From an uncultured delta proteobacterium (GTDB taxonomy: Bacteria; Desulfobacterota; WTBG01): a stretch of 64,000 nucleotides of DNA. The stretch spans positions 480,001-544,000 of the forward strand of contig CAWCBP010000001.1 of NCBI GenBank assembly GCA_963793865.1, written 5' to 3'. Made by a program: the position numbers and the translations under genes. The notes beneath the pieces were generated by a model. That model had not been told where the DNA came from. It worked only from the letters and a program-made list of their open reading frames with translations, and made no database searches. How positions within the stretch are numbered: position 1 is the first letter of the stretch; every line of letters starts with the position of its first letter. This document shows, piece after piece, positions 10,985 to 22,491 of the stretch.

Positions 10985-11926
10985 ATGCAGCTGAGCGTGC
11001 TTGTACGGGATTCACTGACCAGGAACCGGGCGATAAAGTTTTTTTCGCTCCTGCTGGCGCTCACCCTCTGGTTTTTCGTGATGGGGGAGAAGAAGGCGGA
11101 GTTCTCCTTCGCCGATGTTCCCGTGGAGTTTATCAATAAACCGCCCGACATGGTGGTGACCCGGCAGTCGCCCCGCAGCGTGAATTTGCGGGTCAGCGGC
11201 TCGCGGAGCCTGCTGGCAACCATGTCTTCCAGCAGCCTCAAAGCGGTGGTGGACCTTGAAGGGGCAAAGCCGGGCAAAATGGTTTTCAGTGATTTGAGCG
11301 AGGCCGTCACGCTGCCCAACGGCACCAGGATTACCAGCATCAGCCCCGCCGAAGTGGAGCTGACCGTGGAGGCGCTGACTTCGAAGCGGGTCCCGGTGAC
11401 CGTTGATCTTGCGGGAGAGCCCGCTTCGGGATATGTGGTGCAGGGGGTCTCTGTTGACCCGCCCGTGGTTGACGTTACCGTGGCTGAAAGCGAGGCTGAA
11501 TCGTTTCAGAAAGTGCTTACCCGGCCGGTGGACATCTCCGGAGAGACACGATCGGTCACGCGGGAGGTCCCCCTGGCCACGACCAATTTGGATCCCCCGC
11601 GGTCGGCCGGCAGGAAGAAGGTGCAGGTGGCGGTCACGATTAATTCGCGGATTCGCGAGAAGGTGCTGTCCGGCATACCGGTGATAGTGGTCGACAGCCG
11701 TTACAAGGCGAGCATCGTGCCCGATACCATCCAGGTGCGCATACAGTATCCCTACCAGCTGGAGGAGACAGTTGCCGCCGGCGGGATTATTGCCACCATC
11801 GATATGAAGGATGGCAGGCCGGGGACCTACAGCCGGAAGTCGGTGGTTAAGCTGCCCGAGGGGGTCTCTCTGCTGGAGTCCATACCGGACAGCTGTGAGG
11901 TGGTGCTGAGCAAGGAACCGGCTTGA
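10985..11926 (+). CDS. cdaR: CdaR/YbbR-repeat regulator of diadenylate cyclase
   Basis: N-terminal TM helix (KFFSLLLALTLWFFV) followed by beta-rich YbbR-type repeats; directly after cdaA. Confidence 0.85.
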   Translation: MQLSVLVRDSLTRNRAIKFFSLLLALTLWFFVMGEKKAEFSFADVPVEFINKPPDMVVTRQSPRSVNLRVSGSRSLLATMSSSSLKAVVDLEGAKPGKMVFSDLSEAVTLPNGTRITSISPAEVELTVEALTSKRVPVTVDLAGEPASGYVVQGVSVDPPVVDVTVAESEAESFQKVLTRPVDISGETRSVTREVPLATTNLDPPRSAGRKKVQVAVTINSRIREKVLSGIPVIVVDSRYKASIVPDTIQVRIQYPYQLEETVAAGGIIATIDMKDGRPGTYSRKSVVKLPEGVSLLESIPDSCEVVLSKEPA

Positions 11927-11981
11927 AATTTGTAATTGTGCAAGCACCCGATAGCCGGAGGATGCTTCACTGTTGTGAAAG

Positions 11982-12072
11982 GTCATTGCGAGCGACCACA
12001 GGGAGCGCGGCAATCTCCATATTTTTTATTAGTCATGGGATTGCTTCGGTCGTTCCTCTCCCTCGCAATGAC
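11982..12072. repeat. Palindromic intergenic element (REP/MITE-like)
   Basis: Termini GTCATTGCGAG...CTCGCAATGAC with internal GCAATC/GATTGC arms. Confidence 0.75.
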
Positions 12073-12110
12073 ACTGCAACATAGTCTTCATTGAATGGGA
12101 AAGGGGTTTC

Positions 12111-12860
12111 ATGGCAGGACTGATGGTGAATGTTGACCATATCGCAACCGTAAGGCAGGCCAGGAAAGGTGACGAGCCCGACCCGGTGGTGGCTGCAGCG
12201 CTGGCGGAGCTGGGGGGCTGTGACGGCATCATCGTGCACCTGCGCGAGGACAGAAGGCACATTCAGGACAGGGACCTGGAGCTGCTGCGCGAAACGGTCA
12301 GGACCAGGCTGAACCTGGAGATGGCGGCGGTGCCGGAGATGGTGAGCAAGGCCCGGCGGATCAAGCCGGAGATGGCCACCCTGGTGCCGGAAAAGCGTCA
12401 GGAGCTGACCACGGAGGGCGGCCTTGATATAATCACCCACCGAAAATCGGTGCGGCCGGCGGTAAAGGCATTGCAGCAGGCCGGTATCGCGGTGAGCCTG
12501 TTTGTCGATCCGGACCCGCGCCAGGTAAAGGCGGCGAAGGAGAAGGCGGGGGCTGATTACATCGAGATACATACCGGCAGCTTCGCTGAGGCAAAAACTC
12601 CCCTCCGGCAGAAGCAGGAGCTGGAGAGAATTCGGCGGGCCGCGGCACTCGCCTCCAGGCTGGGGCTGGGTGTCAATGCCGGCCACGGATTAAATTACAC
12701 CAATATTAAAAAGCTGCTGGGCGTCGCTGAGATCGAGGAATTCAGCATCGGGCACAGTATCGTTGCGCGGGCGCTCATGGTAGGGATGCGGCAGGCAGTG
12801 AAGGATATGGTTGAGGTTATACAAACGCCTCCGGGCAAGGCCGAGCGGCAGCGAGGCTGA
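12111..12860 (+). CDS. pdxJ: Pyridoxine 5'-phosphate synthase
   Basis: VNVDHIATVRQAR, HLREDRRHI, TTEGGL, NAGHGL and IGHSI motifs. Confidence 0.95.
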   Translation: MAGLMVNVDHIATVRQARKGDEPDPVVAAALAELGGCDGIIVHLREDRRHIQDRDLELLRETVRTRLNLEMAAVPEMVSKARRIKPEMATLVPEKRQELTTEGGLDIITHRKSVRPAVKALQQAGIAVSLFVDPDPRQVKAAKEKAGADYIEIHTGSFAEAKTPLRQKQELERIRRAAALASRLGLGVNAGHGLNYTNIKKLLGVAEIEEFSIGHSIVARALMVGMRQAVKDMVEVIQTPPGKAERQRG

Positions 12861-12899
12861 GGCTTTTTCTAACCCGGGTCACCTTTCTGCGGAGGAAGG

Positions 12900-14504
12900 A
12901 TGAAGGTTGTCACTGCGGAGATCATGCGACGGCTGGACCGCAAAACCATCGAAGAGGCCGGCATCCCCGGCATGGTGCTGATGGAAAATGCCGGCCGGGG
13001 CGTTGCGGGCGAGATATTCCGGGAATATCCCCGCATTCCCGGGGACAGGGTGGCAGTTGTGGCGGGAAGGGGGAACAACGGCGGCGACGGCTTTGTCATC
13101 GCCCGGTATCTCATCAACCGCGGGCTCGAGGTGCGGGTGTTTCTTCTCGCATCACCCGAAGCGCTGAAGGGTGACGCCGGGATGAACCTGGACATTCTCC
13201 GGCGGATGAAGGCGGACATCCGGGAAGTCACCGGTCAGGATGCCTGGAGGGCGGCGCGGCCGGAGCTTTCAGCCTGCGGGCTGATCGTCGACGCCATCCT
13301 GGGAACAGGGCTTTCCAGTGAGGTCGGCGGGCTGACCGCGGAAGTCATCAACCACATCAACCGGACGGGAATACCTGTCGTGTCGGTTGACCTGCCCTCG
13401 GGGCTGCACGCCGATACCGGCGAGGTGCTGGGCACCTGCGTGAAGGCCGCTTGTACCGTCACCTTCGGTCTGCCCAAGACAGGACTGTGCGTCCATCCCG
13501 GGGCGGACTATGCCGGACGGGTGAGGGTGATCGACATCGGCATTCCTGCCGCTCTGGTTGAAGCCGAAGGGATAAGGGACCGGGTGCTGACCTTTGACGA
13601 TGCCTGCCGGATGCTCAGGCCGCGCGAGGCTGCGGCCCACAAGGGCGATTGCGGGCACGTGCTGGTGGTGGCCGGCTCACCCGGTAAAACAGGGGCGGCC
13701 GCACTCTGCTGCGGGGGCGCTGCCGGCGCGGGCGCGGGTCTGGTAACCCTGGCCGTTCCGGAAAGCCTGAACGGCATCATGGAGGTGAAGCTGACCGAGG
13801 TGATGACGGAGCCAGTTCCCGGGGAAGTAGCCGGTTACTTCGGAGCCGGCAGTCTTGAAGCGGTGATGAAACTGATGGCGGGCAAGACGGTGCTGGCGCT
13901 GGGACCGGGCATTTCCACCCGGGCCGGGGCTGCACAGCTGGTCCATGGCCTTGTTGAGCGAAGCACCATCCCCCTGGTCATCGATGCCGACGGGCTGAAT
14001 GCGCTGAGCGGCAGCCTGGAGGTGCTCAGCCGGGCAAAGGCACCGGTGGTGCTGACCCCCCATCCCGGCGAGATGGCGCGTTTGGCGGGATCGGGCGCGC
14101 GTGAGGTGCAGCGTGACCGGGCCGGGGCGGCACGGGATTTCGCCAGGCGCTACGGGTGCTGCCTGGTGCTCAAGGGGGCGCGCACGCTGGTTGCGGAACC
14201 TGACGGGTCCGTTGCCGTCAATCTTACCGGCAATGCGGGCATGGCCTCCGGCGGTATGGGAGACGTGCTCACCGGAATGATCGCGGGGTTCATGGCGCAG
14301 GGGTATGATGCCGCCCTCAGCGCGCGCGCGGCGGTTTTCTGCCACGGCATGGCCGGGGATCTGCTGGCATGCGAAGAGGGCCCGCAGGGGTTCCCGGCCG
14401 GCGATCTGATCCGGGTGCTGCCCCGCGTGCTTAAGTCCTTGCTGGAGCGCAGGCTTCCCGCATCCCTCGGCGCCGGGTATGCTTCGATGGATGCACGTTT
14501 GTAG
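12900..14504 (+). CDS. nnr: Bifunctional NAD(P)HX epimerase/dehydratase
   Basis: LMENAG, GNNGGDG, DLPSG, DADGLN, LTPHPGE and GGMGDVLTG motifs. Confidence 0.93.
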   Translation: MKVVTAEIMRRLDRKTIEEAGIPGMVLMENAGRGVAGEIFREYPRIPGDRVAVVAGRGNNGGDGFVIARYLINRGLEVRVFLLASPEALKGDAGMNLDILRRMKADIREVTGQDAWRAARPELSACGLIVDAILGTGLSSEVGGLTAEVINHINRTGIPVVSVDLPSGLHADTGEVLGTCVKAACTVTFGLPKTGLCVHPGADYAGRVRVIDIGIPAALVEAEGIRDRVLTFDDACRMLRPREAAAHKGDCGHVLVVAGSPGKTGAAALCCGGAAGAGAGLVTLAVPESLNGIMEVKLTEVMTEPVPGEVAGYFGAGSLEAVMKLMAGKTVLALGPGISTRAGAAQLVHGLVERSTIPLVIDADGLNALSGSLEVLSRAKAPVVLTPHPGEMARLAGSGAREVQRDRAGAARDFARRYGCCLVLKGARTLVAEPDGSVAVNLTGNAGMASGGMGDVLTGMIAGFMAQGYDAALSARAAVFCHGMAGDLLACEEGPQGFPAGDLIRVLPRVLKSLLERRLPASLGAGYASMDARL

Positions 14505-14512
14505 GGCGTGAT

Positions 14513-15007
14513 ATGGGATGTCAGATCAGCATTGTATCGCACAGCCCCGATGAGACGGCCGCCTGGGGCAGGAAGCTGGGGACGCTGCTTGAGGCCGGCG
14601 ACGTCGTGGCATTGATCGGCGAGCTGGGCGCGGGCAAGACCACCCTGGCGCAGGGTATCGCGCGGGGTGCAGGCATACCCGAGGAGAGCTATATTGCCAG
14701 CCCCACCTTCACCCTGATCAACGAGTACCGGGGAAGGGTGCCGCTCTACCATCTTGACTTTTACCGCATTGAGGGCCCTTCCGATTGTGCGGGCCTCGGA
14801 TTGGAGGAGTACCTGGGAGGAGCGGGCGTTGCCCTGATCGAGTGGGCCGATAAACATGAGGCGCTGCTTCCCCGTGACCGCCTGACGGTCCGGCTGGCAT
14901 ACCTGGATGAAACCACGCGGAGGGCGGCGGTATCGGCAACGGGCGATCGTTCCGCCCGGCTGGTGCGGGCACTCCAAAAGATGCTGCCGGGCATGGAAGG
15001 TCATTGA
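14513..15007 (+). CDS. tsaE: tRNA t6A biosynthesis ATPase
   Basis: GELGAGKT, SPTFTL, HLDFYR and IEW motifs. Confidence 0.93.
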   Translation: MGCQISIVSHSPDETAAWGRKLGTLLEAGDVVALIGELGAGKTTLAQGIARGAGIPEESYIASPTFTLINEYRGRVPLYHLDFYRIEGPSDCAGLGLEEYLGGAGVALIEWADKHEALLPRDRLTVRLAYLDETTRRAAVSATGDRSARLVRALQKMLPGMEGH

Positions 15008-15099
15008 GACCGTGCCCGGCCTGCGGAAGACTGATGGGCGGAGGCTGGCGTACGGCCCCGGCCCCGATGAAGCGATAGAAAGATAAGGAGGATATCACA

Positions 15100-16335
15100 G
15101 TGGCGCTGATTGTTCAAAAGTTCGGGGGTACATCGGTTGGTTCCATCGAGCGGATACGGAACGTGGCCGGTAAGGTCGTGGGGACGAGAAAGGCGGGCCA
15201 TGACTTGGTGGTGGTGGTTTCCGCCATGGCGGGAGAAACGGACCGCCTGATCAGGCTGGCAAAGGAGATGGCGGATAAACCGGACGGGCGGGAATATGAC
15301 GTGATGGTTTCCACCGGCGAGCAGATTTCCGTTGCCCTGCTGGCCATGGCCATACAGTCCCTCGGCTATCACGCCGTCTCCCTGCTGGGCTTTCAGGTGA
15401 GGATTATCACCGACAGCGATTTTACCAAGGCGCGCATCGAGAGCATTGACACCGGGGCGATAGCCGGGGCGCTGAAAAAGGGAAGCATCGTGGTGGTCGC
15501 GGGGTTTCAGGGGATTGATGAGGGGGGCAACATTACCACCCTGGGCAGGGGGGGATCCGATACCACGGCGGTGGCGCTGGCCGGCGTGCTCAAGGCCGAT
15601 GTGTGCGAGATCTATACCGACGTGGAGGGGGTGTATACCACCGATCCTTCCATATGTCCGCACGCCCGAAAGCTGGAGCGCATATCCTATGATGAAATGC
15701 TGGAGATGGCCAGCCTGGGCGCGAAGGTGCTGCACACCCGCTCGGTGGAGTTTGCCAAGAAATATTCCATTCCCATACATGTCCGGTCCAGCTTTACTGA
15801 AAATGACGGAACCCTAGTCACCAAGGAGGATGCAATCATGGAAAAAGTTCTTGTGTCGGGTGTCACCTATGACAGGAATGAGGCCAAAATTACCATCGTG
15901 AAGGTGCCCGACACGCCCGGGACCGCCTCAAGGATTTTTACGCCCATCTCCCGGGCCTCCATCAACGTGGACATGATCATCCAGAACGTGAGCGAGGACG
16001 GGTGTACCGATCTCACCTTCACCGTTCCCGAAACCGAGGTGAACCGGGCCCTGGAGGTGGTCAGGAAGGTCGCCAGGGATATAGGCGCCGCCGACGTGCA
16101 GTGCAACAAGGATATTGCCAAGGTTTCCATCGTGGGCGTGGGCATGCGCAGCCACGCGGGCGTTGCCGCCAGGATGTTCGAGGTGCTGGCAGGGGAGGGG
16201 ATCAATATCATGATGATCAGCACCTCGGAGATTAAGATTTCCTGCGTGGTGGACGCAAAGTATACCGAGCTGGCGGTGCGGGTGCTCCATGATGCCTTCG
16301 GCCTGGGCGGGAAGCCGGAAACTGCGGCAGGGTAG
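15100..16335 (+). CDS. lysC: Aspartate kinase
   Basis: [15 protein letters not shown] and TDVEGV motifs, plus two ACT domains ending STSEIKIS. Confidence 0.95.
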   Translation: MALIVQKFGGTSVGSIERIRNVAGKVVGTRKAGHDLVVVVSAMAGETDRLIRLAKEMADKPDGREYDVMVSTGEQISVALLAMAIQSLGYHAVSLLGFQVRIITDSDFTKARIESIDTGAIAGALKKGSIVVVAGFQGIDEGGNITTLGRGGSDTTAVALAGVLKADVCEIYTDVEGVYTTDPSICPHARKLERISYDEMLEMASLGAKVLHTRSVEFAKKYSIPIHVRSSFTENDGTLVTKEDAIMEKVLVSGVTYDRNEAKITIVKVPDTPGTASRIFTPISRASINVDMIIQNVSEDGCTDLTFTVPETEVNRALEVVRKVARDIGAADVQCNKDIAKVSIVGVGMRSHAGVAARMFEVLAGEGINIMMISTSEIKISCVVDAKYTELAVRVLHDAFGLGGKPETAAG

Positions 16336-16365
16336 TGCGTCACCTCATCCGATCGGAGAAATCAC

Positions 16366-17937
16366 ATGCGGGACGTAACACTGTACGACACAACCTTGCG
16401 GGACGGCTCTCAGGCCGAGGATATCGCCTTTACCGTCGAGGACAAGCTGCGCATTGCCAGGAAGATTGATGAGCTGGGCATCCATTACATCGAAGGAGGA
16501 TGGCCGGGGTCCAATCCCAAGGATGCAGAGTTCTTCAAGCAGGCGCGCGACCTTTCCCTCAAGCACGCCACCATCGTCGCCTTCGGCAGCACCGCAAAGG
16601 CCGGCACCCCGCCGGAGGAAGACCACAACCTGAAGGCGCTGGTCAAGGCCCGCACCGGAGCGGTGACCGTGTTCGGGAAAAGCTGGGACATTCATGTAAA
16701 GGACGCCCTGCACATCAGCCTCGCGGAAAACCTGCGCCTCATAACCGATACCGTCGCCTACCTCAAGCGGCAGTGCGCCACGGTATTTTTTGACGCGGAG
16801 CACTTCTTTGACGGCTTTGCCGCGAATCGCGCATACGCCCTCAAGACCGCCCAGGCGGCGGCCGCGGCCGGGGCGGATTGCGTTGTCCTCTGCGATACCA
16901 ACGGGGGCACGCTGCCGGACAGCCTGCGGGACATCATCGGCGGGGTGCAGGGCCATCTCAAGGGGACCCCGCTCGGCATCCATACCCACAATGACTCGGA
17001 AGTGGCGGTGGCCAACAGCATCATCGCCGTGCAGCTGGGCATCAGCCAGGTCCAGGGAACCATCAACGGCATGGGCGAGCGCTGCGGCAACGCCAATTTA
17101 TGCTCCATCATACCCAACCTGGTGCTGAAGCTCAAGCTGCCCTGCATCACCGCCAGGCAGCTCGCCGGGCTGCAGGAGGTGTCACGCTTTGTCTATGAAC
17201 TGGCCAACCTGCAGCCGCTCAGCCGCCAGCCCTATGTGGGAAGAAGCGCCTTTGCCCACAAGGGCGGCGTCCACGTCAGCGCCATCACCAGAAAGCCCCG
17301 GACCTATGAGCATATCGTTCCCGGCCTGGTGGGCAACGTGCAGCGGGTTTTAATCTCCGACCTCTCGGGCAAAAGCAGCATTTTGCAGAAGGCCAGGGAG
17401 TTCAAGATCAACATTTCAAGCAAGGACCCGGTGGTGCAGGAGATCATGGAGCGCCTGAAGCACCTCGAAAACCAGGGGTATCAGTTTGAAGGCGCCGAGG
17501 CATCCTTTGAGCTGCTGATGATGGAGGCGCTGGGCACCCGTCGGAAGTATTTCGAGCTGGTGGGCTTCCGGATCATCAACGAGCGCCGGCCCGGCGATGA
17601 GAGCCTCTGCGAGGCGACCATCATGGTCAGGGTCGGCGGCAGAACCGAGCACACCGCCGCGCTGGGAAACGGGCCGGTGAACGCGCTCGACAACGCCCTG
17701 CGCAAGGCGCTGGAAAAATTTTATCCCCAGCTCAAGCAGACATCGCTTATCGATTACAAGGTGCGGGTGCTCTCCTCGGGTCAGGGCACGGGCTCCCGCG
17801 TGCGGGTGCTGGTGGAATCGGGAGACGGCGCCCACACCTGGGGCACCGTCGGCGTGTCTGAAAACATCATTGAGGCAAGCTGGCAGGCGCTGGCCGACAG
17901 CGTCAACTACAAGCTCTATAAGGATGAACGCAGATAA
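16366..17937 (+). CDS. cimA: Citramalate synthase
   Basis: [32 protein letters not shown] and AHKGGVH motifs. Confidence 0.9.
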   Translation: MRDVTLYDTTLRDGSQAEDIAFTVEDKLRIARKIDELGIHYIEGGWPGSNPKDAEFFKQARDLSLKHATIVAFGSTAKAGTPPEEDHNLKALVKARTGAVTVFGKSWDIHVKDALHISLAENLRLITDTVAYLKRQCATVFFDAEHFFDGFAANRAYALKTAQAAAAAGADCVVLCDTNGGTLPDSLRDIIGGVQGHLKGTPLGIHTHNDSEVAVANSIIAVQLGISQVQGTINGMGERCGNANLCSIIPNLVLKLKLPCITARQLAGLQEVSRFVYELANLQPLSRQPYVGRSAFAHKGGVHVSAITRKPRTYEHIVPGLVGNVQRVLISDLSGKSSILQKAREFKINISSKDPVVQEIMERLKHLENQGYQFEGAEASFELLMMEALGTRRKYFELVGFRIINERRPGDESLCEATIMVRVGGRTEHTAALGNGPVNALDNALRKALEKFYPQLKQTSLIDYKVRVLSSGQGTGSRVRVLVESGDGAHTWGTVGVSENIIEASWQALADSVNYKLYKDERR

Positions 17938-18505
17938 GATCCGTTTCAGCCGGGAGCAGTGCCGGATCATGTTCGGCATGGCGGTTGCGGTGCTGGTCCT
18001 GTTTTTGTGCCGCTTCGGTCTGCCGGTCGGCGGCGCCGCGTCAGTTACTCCCGCGACGAAGGCGGGGCACAAGCGCCCGCCCTTTGTCATCGAGCTGGCC
18101 GGAGGGGTGGCCCGGCCGGGAGTGTACAGCTTTTTCAATCAAACGGGCTTTGCCGCGGCGATACGCGAAGCGGGCGGACTGGAGAGCGGGGCCTTCGTGC
18201 CGGAAGATGTGCTGCGTGCGGCGCCGGTGAACGGCTCGCTGCTTTCCATCGGAACCGGTCCCGGGTCAACCGCGGTAACGCTGATGGATCCCCACAAGCG
18301 TTTCCTCTATTGTGTACCTTTTTCGATCAATCTGGCCGGTGCTGAGGAGCTGGCGCTGGTGCCGGGCATCGGAGAAAAAACCGCCCGCGCCATTGTGAGC
18401 TACCGGGAGCGGTACGGTGCCTTCCCGCGGCTCCAATCGCTGCTTGAGGTTCCGGGCATCGGGCGGCACACCTTCGAGCGGATGAAAGCGTTCCTTGAGG
18501 TCTGA
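17924..18505 (+). CDS. comEA: ComEA-family DNA-binding protein (SLBB + helix-hairpin-helix)
   Basis: N-terminal [23 protein letters not shown] and a second VPGIG HhH. Confidence 0.8.
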   Translation: MNADKIRFSREQCRIMFGMAVAVLVLFLCRFGLPVGGAASVTPATKAGHKRPPFVIELAGGVARPGVYSFFNQTGFAAAIREAGGLESGAFVPEDVLRAAPVNGSLLSIGTGPGSTAVTLMDPHKRFLYCVPFSINLAGAEELALVPGIGEKTARAIVSYRERYGAFPRLQSLLEVPGIGRHTFERMKAFLEV

Positions 18506-18508
18506 CCC

Positions 18509-19378
18509 TCACCCGGGCGGTGACAGGAAGGAGCGGGCATTCTCCCGCAAAATCCGCCGCTTCATTTCCTCTTCCACGGCAAGCTCGCTGAAATAGCGCG
18601 CGTAGGAGAGGATTTCTTCTACGGGGTTTGAGACCAGGACGGCATCCGATCCTGACAGGATGCGGGTATGAAAGGCTTGAATAAAGGAGCAGTAGCGGGG
18701 GTTGTTTTTCCTGAGCACCGCGATGAGGTACGAAGGGTCGGTATAGGCGTTCCGGAAGCGTTCAAGCAGCTCCGTAATCCTGCGCAGGCTGTATCCCAGG
18801 TGGGGAATGCAGATCCTGAGACGGGGGTAGGCGGTGAGCATCTCGCGCAGCCAGTCGAAATGCTCCGCAAGGTTGACGTGGTAGAGGAGGGGCAGGTTGC
18901 GCTCCTGGGCGCAGCTGAAAATGTCCCCCTGGACGCGTCGGTAGCGCTCCTGTGATATGCCCAGTGCCTGGGGGATGCCCTGGATGGCGAGCACCCTGTC
19001 CGCTTCGGGGATATACGCGCCCTTGATGCCCGCCCACCCCGAGACCCCGGGAGCGTCCAGCAGCGGCCCGGGGTGTTCGGTCACAAACCGCACATCCAGG
19101 AAAGGCGCGATTGTTTCCTCAAAGCCGTATTCCCGCGTCCAGGCATTGAGCAGCTCGGTTTCATCGCTGTTGGCGGCGCTGATGATGGGGCGGATGTGGT
19201 CGGGCGCCAGGCTGATCTTGAGCTCGTAGCTGAAGTTGTGGAGGGGGAGCGCGGTGATGACGATTTTCTCAAGACCGCGGGCGGTGAGGGCGGTGATGGT
19301 GCGCTTGAAGAGGGCGCCGTCTGCCGGCCTGAGAAAGCCGTGCACGTGCGCATCAATAAACGGTTCAGGCTGCGTCAT
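18509..19378 (-). CDS. Amidohydrolase_2-family protein
   Basis: IDAHVH, LLYH, IPHLG and SGSD metal-site motifs. Confidence 0.75.
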   Translation of the reverse strand: MTQPEPFIDAHVHGFLRPADGALFKRTITALTARGLEKIVITALPLHNFSYELKISLAPDHIRPIISAANSDETELLNAWTREYGFEETIAPFLDVRFVTEHPGPLLDAPGVSGWAGIKGAYIPEADRVLAIQGIPQALGISQERYRRVQGDIFSCAQERNLPLLYHVNLAEHFDWLREMLTAYPRLRICIPHLGYSLRRITELLERFRNAYTDPSYLIAVLRKNNPRYCSFIQAFHTRILSGSDAVLVSNPVEEILSYARYFSELAVEEEMKRRILRENARSFLSPPG

Positions 19379-19401
19379 CAGCGGTGCCTTCCAACAAAAG
19401 A

Positions 19402-19430
19402 TTGACAAAGGAAAACGCACTGTGTACAGT
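19402..19430 (+). promoter_or_regulatory. Probable sigma-70 promoter for the TPR gene
   Basis: TTGACA-N17-TACAGT with TG extended -10. Confidence 0.5.
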
Positions 19431-19579
19431 TAGCATCTGCCGGCAGGCTTGCTGCCCCGGGGGCGTTGCGGACCGGGAAGGAGGTCGGATGCCGGCTCCT
19501 GCCCGGCGGTGCGGAAGTGCGGTGAAGCGGGGCAGCATGATCCGAAAGATATGTAAACGCATGTGCGAGAGAGGAGTCC

Positions 19580-20284
19580 ATGCCCAGAAAAATAAAAGTG
19601 CAGCGCAAAGACGTCAATGAACCCGATGAATTCATCTCCACCTCAAGCCAGGTCGTGGCTTATGTTAAGACGCGCTACCGGTTGCTGGCGCCCGCCGCAG
19701 GTGCGGTGCTGCTGCTGGTGCTGATCGCCGTCGTCTGGTACTACTACCGGGCGGGAAGAGAGCAGGATGCCCGGGCATCGTTTAATCAGGCGGTTGCGCT
19801 CTATCAGGCACCGGGCCCGGCGGAAACCGACAGGCCTTCAGACCGGAAGTACCGCGATGCACTTACGCAGTTCAGCGCCATTGAGGAAAAGTATCCGGGC
19901 ACCGACTCGGGGGTGCATGCCCTGTTCTACCTGGGTGAGAGCTCCTACCACCTGAAGGAATACGACAAGGCAATTGACTTCTATACCCGCTTCATCAAAC
20001 GCTCCCGCCCGGGCAATTACCTGCGATCGTATGCGTACGAGGGATTGGGATACTGCCATGAAGAGAAGCAGGACTACGCCACGGCCGTCGAATTCTACGG
20101 GCGGTCACTGCAGGAGCAATCCAATGCGCTGCCGGACCTGCTGTACGTTGCCATGGCGCGATGTTATGAAGCCCTGAATGACAAGACGAAAGCACTTGAT
20201 TACTACAGGAAGGTGACCGGCGAAAAAGACGGATCGGTGCTGTTGACCATTGCCGCCGACAGGATTGCCTCCCTCGCGCCCTGA
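19580..20284 (+). CDS. Membrane-anchored TPR protein (YfgM-like)
   Basis: Single N-terminal TM helix followed by TPR helices (ALFYLGES..., AYEGLGYC...). Confidence 0.75.
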   Translation: MPRKIKVQRKDVNEPDEFISTSSQVVAYVKTRYRLLAPAAGAVLLLVLIAVVWYYYRAGREQDARASFNQAVALYQAPGPAETDRPSDRKYRDALTQFSAIEEKYPGTDSGVHALFYLGESSYHLKEYDKAIDFYTRFIKRSRPGNYLRSYAYEGLGYCHEEKQDYATAVEFYGRSLQEQSNALPDLLYVAMARCYEALNDKTKALDYYRKVTGEKDGSVLLTIAADRIASLAP

Positions 20285-20285
20285 C

Positions 20286-20405
20286 TCAGGCCGTTGCTTC
20301 CCGGGACGGTTTTGACGCCGCGGCGCGATCGCGAACCTTTCTTTGCTTCAGTTTCAGATCGCATTTATGCCTTTTTCTTTTGTGCTTGAACTTTGATCGG
20401 GCCAT
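20286..20405 (-). CDS. Unannotated 39-aa highly basic small protein
   Basis: Manual translation MARSKFKHKRKRHKCDLKLKQRKVRDRAAASKPSREATA*. GGGAGAAGGA RBS; stop abuts the stop of the convergent gene. Confidence 0.6.
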   Translation of the reverse strand: MARSKFKHKRKRHKCDLKLKQRKVRDRAAASKPSREATA

Positions 20406-20732
20406 TACTGAATCCTTCTCCCTTCCGTTAAATCGTGGTAAATGATGTAAGCCCCTGTAGATTCCTTCCCCATCCTGCCGTGCCTTCTATATTGCACGCA
20501 TGCAGACCGTACAATTAAGCATGAAAGGCGCCCCATTGTCAATACCTAATCGCCCTTGCCGCCCTCGCGGACAAGGACCCTGGAATTATTTGCGGCCGGG
20601 AGACAAGTGTGTTATTATTCTTTTAATAGAAATTTAATTATTTTTCATGCTTCATGCTGATCTGCACAGGCAGGTTGCATTAACAAAGAAATGCGGTCTC
20701 TGAACGTAAGAGGCTCCCTGGAAAGGATGCGT

Positions 20733-22481
20733 ATGGCGGTTGGAACACTTCCCGACCCGAAAGAACTGGAAAAAGAGCTGAACGAGTACCTCACCAAGAA
20801 GTACGGCGACCGGATCAAATTGGCCACGCCGGTGGCCATGCCGCTGAAGGAAGAAGGGGTGCTTGATGGAGAGGGGGAAGCGCCCTCGCGGTCAAGGAAA
20901 ATAGCCTTTGATTTAAAGCCGGAAGAGCTGGAAGCCTATCTTGACCAGTTCGTGGTCAGACAGGGCGATGCCAAGGAGGTGCTGGCCACCAAAATTTGCA
21001 CCCACTTTAAACGAATACAGTACCGGGAGGCATGCCGGGGCCGGGACAATTCCGACCGGGTGGGAATGATCAAGAACAACATCATCATGATCGGTCCCAC
21101 GGGTGTGGGGAAAACCTACCTCATCAGGCTCATCGCCAAAAAGATCGGCGTACCCTTCGTGAAGGGGGATGCCACCAAGTTCAGCGAAACCGGGTACGTG
21201 GGCGGCGACGTGGAGGACCTGGTGAGAGACCTGGTGCGCGAAGCGGACGGCGACATTGAGCTCGCCCAGTGCGGGATCATTTACATCGATGAAATAGATA
21301 AAATAGCCTCGGGCGGCACGGTCATCGGCATCGACGTATCACGCACCGGGGTGCAGAGGTGCCTGCTGAAGCCCATGGAGGAAACCGAGGTTGACCTTAA
21401 GGTTCCCCACGACCTGGTGTCGCAGATGGAGGCCATGGAGCAGTTTCGCAAAACGGGCAAGAAGGAGAAGCGGGTCATCAACACCAGGGACATCCTGTTT
21501 ATCGTGAGCGGGGCCTTCAACGGCCTGAGCGAGACCATCAGAAAGCGTGTGGCCAGACAGGGGATCGGATTCGGCGCGGAGCTTAGGAAGAGCGATAATG
21601 ACGCGGACTATCTGAAAATGGTGACCCCGGAGGACCTGATCAATTACGGGTTTGAATCGGAATTCGTGGGCAGGCTGCCGGTGGCCACCGTGTTTGACAG
21701 GCTGGAAGTGGATGACCTGTTTCACATACTCAGGCACCGCAACAGCACGGTGATTAACGCCAAAAAACGGGATTTCCGGTCCTACGGCATCGATCTGCGC
21801 TTCGAGGAGGATGCCCTCTACACCCTTGCGGAGCGCGCCTGCGGACACAATACCGGTGCCCGGGGCCTGGTCAGCGCGGTGGAAGGCGTGCTGATGAAGT
21901 TTGAGAAGAAACTTCCCTCGACCTCCATCAAACGACTGCTGGTGACCAGGGCGCTGGTGGACGATCCCGCCGGATCACTGCAGGCGCTGTTGGAGCAGGG
22001 GGAGAGCAGCGTCGACAGGAAGCGGTACCGGAGGGCGGTTCTCAAGGAAAAGAAGGAATTGCGGGAGCACATTGTCAGGCAGAAGAACAGCTTTCCCCGG
22101 GAGCAGCGGGATCTGCTGAAGGGTGCACGGCTTTCGCTCCTGATCGACCGGGTGGTGATGAAGGGCTCCGAGGTGACCGCCGTGCTCGAAAAGATCCATT
22201 CGCTGATTGAGGAGGTCAGGCAGTACGAGGAGCTCTTTTTTGAGGAATGCGGAATTAAGATCGTGTTTGAAGACCGGGCGGTAGACAGCCTGATAAAGCG
22301 CTCTTTGGAGGAGGGAACCGCCGTGGAGGAGCTTTTAAGCGCGCTGCTGAAGAATTATCAGCGCGGGCTCACGCTGATCCAGGAGAAGAACGGCATTCAC
22401 CAGTTTGCCCTCAGCCGCGAGGCATTGCGGGATCCGGAGGGGTACCTGGACCGCCTCATTAAACAATCTTACTCACACTGA
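20733..22481 (+). CDS. ClpX-like AAA+ ATPase without N-terminal zinc finger, with C-terminal extension
   Basis: [35 protein letters not shown] loop and TGARGL. Confidence 0.8.
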   Translation: MAVGTLPDPKELEKELNEYLTKKYGDRIKLATPVAMPLKEEGVLDGEGEAPSRSRKIAFDLKPEELEAYLDQFVVRQGDAKEVLATKICTHFKRIQYREACRGRDNSDRVGMIKNNIIMIGPTGVGKTYLIRLIAKKIGVPFVKGDATKFSETGYVGGDVEDLVRDLVREADGDIELAQCGIIYIDEIDKIASGGTVIGIDVSRTGVQRCLLKPMEETEVDLKVPHDLVSQMEAMEQFRKTGKKEKRVINTRDILFIVSGAFNGLSETIRKRVARQGIGFGAELRKSDNDADYLKMVTPEDLINYGFESEFVGRLPVATVFDRLEVDDLFHILRHRNSTVINAKKRDFRSYGIDLRFEEDALYTLAERACGHNTGARGLVSAVEGVLMKFEKKLPSTSIKRLLVTRALVDDPAGSLQALLEQGESSVDRKRYRRAVLKEKKELREHIVRQKNSFPREQRDLLKGARLSLLIDRVVMKGSEVTAVLEKIHSLIEEVRQYEELFFEECGIKIVFEDRAVDSLIKRSLEEGTAVEELLSALLKNYQRGLTLIQEKNGIHQFALSREALRDPEGYLDRLIKQSYSH

Positions 22482-22491
22482 ACGGAAGGCC

